32,000 nucleotides of DNA from Candidatus Electronema halotolerans (GTDB taxonomy: Bacteria > Desulfobacterota > Desulfobulbia > Desulfobulbales > Desulfobulbaceae), in contig OW818675.1 in assembly GCA_942493095.1 (NCBI GenBank), positions 2,160,001 to 2,192,000 of the forward strand. Direction: 5' to 3'. Shown in pieces: positions 27,701-32,000 of this stretch. The notes beneath the pieces were generated by a model. That model saw nothing but the letters and a program-made list of their open reading frames with translations, was not told the origin of the DNA and did not search any database. How positions within the stretch are numbered: the stretch's first letter is position 1; every line of letters begins with the position of its first letter. The position numbers and the translations under genes are program-made.

Positions 27701-30700
27701 GCTCCAAGCATGTCGTCAGCATCGTCCAGACTCAGGCTGGCCGCTTCCTCTGCTTCAGCTTCCGGCACGGATGTGTCCGCATCATCCTCCATGCTGAAGA
27801 AGTCATCCAAGCCCTCATCTTCCGCTTCAGGCAGGGCCGCCGCCTCAGCATCCGGTTCTGGAGCATCCTCCTCGCCGAAGAGACTTTCAGCTCCAAGCAT
27901 GTCGTCAGCATCGTCCAAGCTCAAACTGGCCGCTTCCTCAGCTTCCGGCGCGGAAGTGTCCGCATCATCCTCCATGCTGAAGAAGTCATCCAAGCCCTCA
28001 TCTTCCGCTTCAGGCAGGGCCGCCGCTTCAGCATCCGGCTCTTGTTCCGGCTCTGGAGCTTCCTCCTCGCCGAAGAGACTTTCAGCTCCCAGCATGTCGT
28101 CAGCATCGTCCAAGCTCAAACTGGCTGCTTCCGGCACGGATGTGTCCGCATCATCCTCCATGCTGAAGAAGTCATCCAAGCCCTCATCTTCAGCTTCAGG
28201 CAGGGCCGCCGCTTCAGCATCCGGCTCTGGAGCTTCCTCCTCGCCGAAGAGACTTTCAGCTCCAAGCATGTCGTCAGCATCGTCCAATCTCAAACTGGCC
28301 GCTTCCTCAGCTTCCGCATCCGGCACGGACGTGTCCGCATCTTCCTCCATGCTGAAGAAGTCATCCAGGCCCTCATCTTCTGCTTCAGGCAGGGCCGCCG
28401 CTTCAGCATCCGGCTCTGGAGCTTCCTCCTCGCCGAAGAGACTTTCAGCTCCAAGCATGTCGTCAGCATCGTCCAATCTCAAACTGGCCGCTTCCTCAGC
28501 TTCCGCATCCGGCACGGACGTGTCCGCATCTTCCTCCATGCTGAAGAAGTCATCCAAACCCTCATCTGCTGCATCAGGCAGGGCCGCCGCTTCAGCATCC
28601 GGTTCTGGAGCTTCCTCCTCGCCGAAGAGACTTTCAGCTCCAAGCATGTCATCAGCATCGTCCAAGCTCAGGCTGGCTGCTTCCGGCACGGATGTGTCCG
28701 CATCATCCTCCATGCTGAAGAAGTCATCCAAGCCCTCATCTTCCGCTTCAGGCAGGGCCGCCGCTTCAGCATCCGGCTCTTGTTCCGGCTCTAAAGCTTC
28801 TTCATCGCCGAAGAGACTTTCAGCCCCCAGCATGTCGGCAGCATCGTCCAAGCTCAGGCTGGCTGCTTCCTCAGCTTCCGCTTCCGGCGCGGACGTGTCC
28901 GCATCTTCCTCCATACTGAAAAAGTCATCCAAACCCTCATCTTCCGCTTCAGGCAGGGCCGCCGCTTCAGCATCCGCCTCTGGAGATTTCTCCTCGCCGA
29001 AGAGACTTTCAGCTCCAAGCATGTCGTCAGCATCGTCCAAGCTCAAACTGGCCGCTTCCTCAGCTTCCGGCGCGGACGTGTCCGCATCATCCTCCATGCT
29101 GAAGAAGTCATCCAAGCCCTCATCTTCCGTCTCAGGCAGGGCCGCCGCCTCAGCATCCGGTTCTGGAGCATCCTCCTCGCCGAAGAGAATTTCAGCTCCA
29201 AGCATGTCGTCAGCATCGTCCAGACTCAGGCTGGCCGCTTCCGGCACGGAAGTGTCCGCATCATCCTCCATGCTGAAGAAGTCATCCAAGCCCTCATCTT
29301 CCGCTTCAGGCAGGGCCGCCGCTTCAGCATCCGGCTCTGGAGCTTCCTCCTCGCCGAAGAGACTTTCAGCTCCAAGCATGTCGTCAGCATCGTCCAAGCT
29401 CAGGCTGGCCGCTTCCTCAGCTTCCGCATCCGGCGCGGACGTGTCCGCATCATCCTCCATGCTGAAGAAGTCATCCAAGCCCTCATCTTCCGTCTCAGGC
29501 AGGGCCGCCGCTTCAGCTTCCGGTTCTGGAGCTTCCTCATCGCCGAAGAAACTTTCAGCTCCCAGCATGTCGTCAGCATCGTCCAAGCTCAGGCTGGCTG
29601 CTTCCGGCGCGGATGTGTCCGCATCATCCTCCATGCTGAAGAAGTCATCCAAGCCCTCATCTTCCGTCTCAGGCAGGGCCGCCGCTTCAGCATCCGGCTC
29701 TTGTTCCGGCTCTAAAGCTTCTTCATCGCCGAAGAGACTTTCAGCCCCCAGCATGTCGTCAGCATCGTCCAAACTCAAACTGGCCGCGTCCTCAGCTTCC
29801 GCTTCCGGCACGGATGTGTCCGCATCATCCTCCATGCTGAAGAAGTCATCCAAGCCCTCATCTTCTGCTTCAGGCAGGGCCGCCGCTTCAGCATCCGGCT
29901 CTTGTTCCGGCTCTAAAGCTTCTTCATCGCCGAAGAGACTTTCAGCCCCCAGCATGTCGTCAGTATCATCCAAGCTCAGGCTGGCCGCGTCCTCAGCTTC
30001 AGCTTCCGGCACGGATGTGTCCGCATCATCCTCCATGCTGAAGAAGTCATCCAAGCCCTCATCTTCCGCTTCAGGCAGGGCCGCCGCTTCAGCATCCGGC
30101 TCTGGAGCTTCCTCATCGCCGAAGAGACTTTCAGCTCCAAGCATGTCGTCAGCATCGTCCAAACTCAAACTGGCCGCGTCCTCAGCTTCAGCTTCCGGCA
30201 CGGAAGTGTCCGCATCATCCTCCATGCTGAAGAAGTCATCCAAGCCCTCATCTTCCGCTTCAGGCAGGGCCGCCGCTTCAGCATCCGGTTCTGGAGCTTC
30301 CTCCTCGCCGAAGAGACTTTCAGCCCCCAGCATGTCGTCAGCATCGTCCAGACTCAGACTGGCCGCTTCCTCTGCTTCAGCTTGTTTTGTCTCTGGAGCT
30401 TCCTCATCATCAAAAAGGCTGTCAGCAGTCAGTTCTTCAACATCGTCCAGACTCAAGCTGGCTATTTCGCCAGCATCCGACGGCTCTGCTGGCGTCTCTT
30501 CTGCTCCGAAGAGACTTTCAGTTCCAAGCATGTCGGCATCGTCCAAATGCAGAGCGGTGGTTTCTTCAGCTTCTGGTGCGGACGTATCTGTGTCCTCATC
30601 CATGCTGAAGAAACTGTCAGCACTCAGTTCTTCCGCATCGTCGAAACCAAGACTGGCTGATTCCTCTTCAGCGTCTGGCGCGGCTGCGTCTAACTCTTCA

Positions 30701-32000
30701 TCCATGCTGAAAAAGTCATCCATGCCATCATCCTCTGCATCAGACAAAGTTGCCACTTCCGGCTCTGGAGTTTCTTCTGCTCCGAAGAGTTTGTCAGCTT
30801 CCAGCATGTCAACATCATCCAAGCTCAGGCTGGCTGACTCCTCTTCAATTTCCGGCGGCTCTGTCTCTGCTGGGGCATCTTCTTCTCCAAAGACAAGACT
30901 TTCAGCTTCCAGCATGTCAGCATCGTCCAAGCTCAAGCTGGCCGCTTCCTCAGCTTCAGGTTCAGTTGCGGATGTGTCGGCATTTTCATTCACCATTCCA
31001 GCCGCCGGTTCCGACTCTGAAGTTTTCTCATCGTCAAAAAGACGTTCAGCTCCAAACATGTCGTCATCAAGGTTGAAGAAAGAATCCAACTCGTCATCTT
31101 CTTCCTCAGACTGGGCAGCCGCCTTTTTTTCCAGCTGCGACCCTTCCTCAGCCTTGACCGCAGGCGCGTCATCATCAAAACTGAGAAGGGAGTCCATGCC
31201 GTCATCCTCTGCATCAGACAAAGCTGCGACAGGCTCCTCTGTCAGAGGGCTTTCCTCCGCCTCAGTTTTCAAGGCGGCAGCAGGCTCATTGTCGTCATCA
31301 AAATTGAAGAAAGAGTCTAATTCGTCATCGCTGTCGTCATCTTCATCATCCTCTCCAACCAAGGCGGCAACCGGCTGCGCTGGCACCGACTTCTCTGTCA
31401 AGGGACTGTCTTCCGTCTCTGTTTTCAAGGCGGCAGCAGGCTCATCGTCGTCATCAAAGTTGAAGAAGGAGTCTAATTCTAATTCATCATCCTCGTCGTC
31501 ATCTTCATCATCTTCTCCGGCCAAGGCGGCAACCGGCTGCGCTGGCACCGACTTCTCTGTCAAGGAACTGTTTTCCGTCTCAGCTTTCAAGGCGGCAGCA
31601 GGCTCATCGTCGTCATCAAAGTTGAAGAAGGAGTCTAATTCTAATTCAGAATCGTCATCATCTGAAGTCTCCGCAAGAGACATCGCAGGTTCGGCTGGCT
31701 CTGTTTCCAGATTTGCGCTCTTTTCTGTTTTATGCTGCGGACTCTCTACTGTCTGAGCTGCTCCGCCTGTATCTTCATCATCAAAATTAAAAAAGGAATC
31801 CAGTTTCTCATCAAATTCCGCCGCCCGCTCTTCCGTGATATCGCTTTCCAGTTTGGCAGCAAAGCCTCCTTCCTCATCCTCATCCGCCAAAGCCGGTGTC
31901 ACCCCTCCGTCACTGCTGAAAAGAGCTTCTCCCGGCCATTCATCATCGTCATCCTCATCCGCCGCAGGACGCAGCGAGGCGGCGGCTTGTGCAGGAGCCG
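24775..32000 (-). CDS. Giant highly acidic repeat protein (hypothetical; N-terminus beyond window)
   Basis: 2375-aa ORF in track (24775..31902) starting at GTG; upstream codons remain open to the window edge (…LRPAADEDDDEWPGEALFSSDGG before GTG). Non-repetitive C-terminal region ends in LQQLQDEVAQLKQELISEIRLLRQELGKG. Confidence 0.8.
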   Translation of the reverse strand, partial: APAQAAASLRPAADEDDDDEWPGEALFSSDGGVTPALADEDEEGGFAAKLESDITEERAAEFDEKLDSFFNFDDEDTGGAAQTVESPQHKTEKSANLETEPAEPAMSLAETSDDDDSELELDSFFNFDDDDEPAAALKAETENSSLTEKSVPAQPVAALAGEDDEDDDEDDELELDSFFNFDDDDEPAAALKTETEDSPLTEKSVPAQPVAALVGEDDEDDDSDDELDSFFNFDDDNEPAAALKTEAEESPLTEEPVAALSDAEDDGMDSLLSFDDDAPAVKAEEGSQLEKKAAAQSEEEDDELDSFFNLDDDMFGAERLFDDEKTSESEPAAGMVNENADTSATEPEAEEAASLSLDDADMLEAESLVFGEEDAPAETEPPEIEEESASLSLDDVDMLEADKLFGAEETPEPEVATLSDAEDDGMDDFFSMDEELDAAAPDAEEESASLGFDDAEELSADSFFSMDEDTDTSAPEAEETTALHLDDADMLGTESLFGAEETPAEPSDAGEIASLSLDDVEELTADSLFDDEEAPETKQAEAEEAASLSLDDADDMLGAESLFGEEEAPEPDAEAAALPEAEDEGLDDFFSMEDDADTSVPEAEAEDAASLSLDDADDMLGAESLFGDEEAPEPDAEAAALPEAEDEGLDDFFSMEDDADTSVPEAEAEDAASLSLDDTDDMLGAESLFGDEEALEPEQEPDAEAAALPEAEDEGLDDFFSMEDDADTSVPEAEAEDAASLSLDDADDMLGAESLFGDEEALEPEQEPDAEAAALPETEDEGLDDFFSMEDDADTSAPEAASLSLDDADDMLGAESFFGDEEAPEPEAEAAALPETEDEGLDDFFSMEDDADTSAPDAEAEEAASLSLDDADDMLGAESLFGEEEAPEPDAEAAALPEAEDEGLDDFFSMEDDADTSVPEAASLSLDDADDMLGAEILFGEEDAPEPDAEAAALPETEDEGLDDFFSMEDDADTSAPEAEEAASLSLDDADDMLGAESLFGEEKSPEADAEAAALPEAEDEGLDDFFSMEEDADTSAPEAEAEEAASLSLDDAADMLGAESLFGDEEALEPEQEPDAEAAALPEAEDEGLDDFFSMEDDADTSVPEAASLSLDDADDMLGAESLFGEEEAPEPDAEAAALPDAADEGLDDFFSMEEDADTSVPDAEAEEAASLRLDDADDMLGAESLFGEEEAPEPDAEAAALPEAEDEGLDDFFSMEEDADTSVPDAEAEEAASLRLDDADDMLGAESLFGEEEAPEPDAEAAALPEAEDEGLDDFFSMEDDADTSVPEAASLSLDDADDMLGAESLFGEEEAPEPEQEPDAEAAALPEAEDEGLDDFFSMEDDADTSAPEAEEAASLSLDDADDMLGAESLFGEEDAPEPDAEAAALPEAEDEGLDDFFSMEDDADTSVPEAEAEEAASLSLDDADDMLGAESLFGDEEALEPEQEPDAEAAALPEAEDEGLDDFFSMEDDADTSAPEAEAEDAASLSLDDADDMLGAESLFGDEEALEPEQEPDAEAAALPEAEDEGLDDFFSMEDDADTSAPEAEAEDAASLSLDDADDMLGAESLFGEEEAPEPDAEAAALPEAEDEGLDDFFSMEDDADTSVPEAASLSLDDADDMLGAESLFGEEEAPEPEQEPDAEAAALPEAEDEGLDDFFSMEDDADTSVPDTEAEEAASLSLDDADDMLGAESLFGDEEAPEPDAEAAALPDTEDEGLDDFFSMEDDADTSVPDAEAEEAASLSLDDADDMLGAESLFGDEEAPEPDAEAAALPETEDEGLDDFFSMEDDADTSVPDAEAEEAASLSLDDADDMLGAESLFGDEDAPEPDAEAAALPEAEDEGLDDFFSMEDDADTSAPDAEAEEAASLSLDDADDMLGAESLFGEEDAPEPDAEAAALPEAEDEGLDDFFSMEDDADTSAPDAEAEEAASLSLDDADDMLGAESLFGEEEAPEPDAEAAALPDAEDEGLDDFFSMEDDADTSVPEAEAEEAASLSLDDAEELAEDSFFGEEPAQEGIDQEQATEIKEKLDSLFSFDNDALSDEEVPQGDLENEFIMPPANDGQELDQESQTAEEDVFADFPVQQEAELAEEVTDAFNGLDTDAEEDNVFAIAQGGNAASSLFAEASELDSPLDEQEDESIEDDADIPALEEDAFASIQDEPLAEDDDIFVLVQQQETTDEDFLNALKEREETADREEVSALQSKSDEELILGKEYEEPEGLFSQFAHDAVPDAFEESALAAEDAGAERPEQAVEAVSAFSALALAAAALTAAPSAHNLQQVSELAAAARQEEAVPPNKTILLHLLDSSSAMLAKAPKGRAADSGAALVQELAAGLDASDEPGKLPEIISRYTAWQQDFFDQLVADGSRPASSRDPGLQQLQDEVAQLKQELISEIRLLRQELGKG
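25960..30385 (-). repeat. Array of ~24 near-identical coding repeats (~58-67 aa, ~175-200 nt each)
   Basis: Unit LDDFFSMEDDADTS(V/A)P(E/D)AEAE(E/D)AASLSLDDADDMLGAESLFG(E/D)EEAPEPDAEAAALPEAEDEG, counted 24 times from the DDFFSME(D/E)DADTS anchor. Confidence 0.92.
31280..31800 (-). repeat. Second repeat class in the N-terminal region of the acidic protein (about 3 units)
   Basis: ELDSFFNFDDDDEPAAALKTETEDSPLTEKSVPAQPVAALxGEDDEDDD repeated. Confidence 0.85.

Noticed and set aside
26051-31756. Treating the 1901-aa plus-strand ORF as a real gene
   Set aside because: Composition mirrors the acidic repeat codons, and it has no non-repetitive domain or evident start context. The minus-strand frame has a normal unique C-terminal region and contiguous operon-like spacing to thiS.

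Overview
This 32 kb window has five parts. (1) At bp 1-150 there is the 3' end of a gene missing from the ORF track. It encodes a tandem-repeat Cys-Cys-His peptide, [AP(D/C/A)ACCHGGAYQA]n ending ACCHGGE*. Directly downstream on the same strand are an ocin-ThiF-like cyclodehydratase partner, a YcaO cyclodehydratase, an MFS exporter and a SagB-like dehydrogenase. This is the layout of a TOMM/azol(in)e RiPP locus with a repeated core. (2) The cluster continues without a clear break into a TonB-dependent receptor and a complete Opp/Dpp/Nik-type ABC importer (lipoprotein SBP, two permeases, two ATPases) with an embedded class I SAM methyltransferase and a second SBP, ending in a strong rho-independent terminator at ~14195-14226. 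Together these genes could make, export and re-import a peptide-derived metallophore (inference). (3) A second locus encodes an extremely His-rich 86-aa protein, another TonB receptor, a Sec-signal tandem-duplicated tetrapyrrole-methylase-like protein and a DUF4198-type periplasmic protein. It is interrupted by an intact IS5-like element (18516-19820, TSD TCAA) whose in-silico excision restores the reading frame up to the ATG of the next gene. (4) An APC permease, a frameshifted Dpp/NikC-type permease remnant, and thiS-thiG-thiH on the minus strand. (5) A giant (>2375 aa, open to the window edge) acidic protein with about 24 near-identical repeats of ~58-67 aa, shadowed by a 1901-aa antisense open frame. 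A non-coding array of six 23-bp units lies between the first TonB receptor and the ABC importer. All family calls are from motif recognition by eye; no database searches were run.
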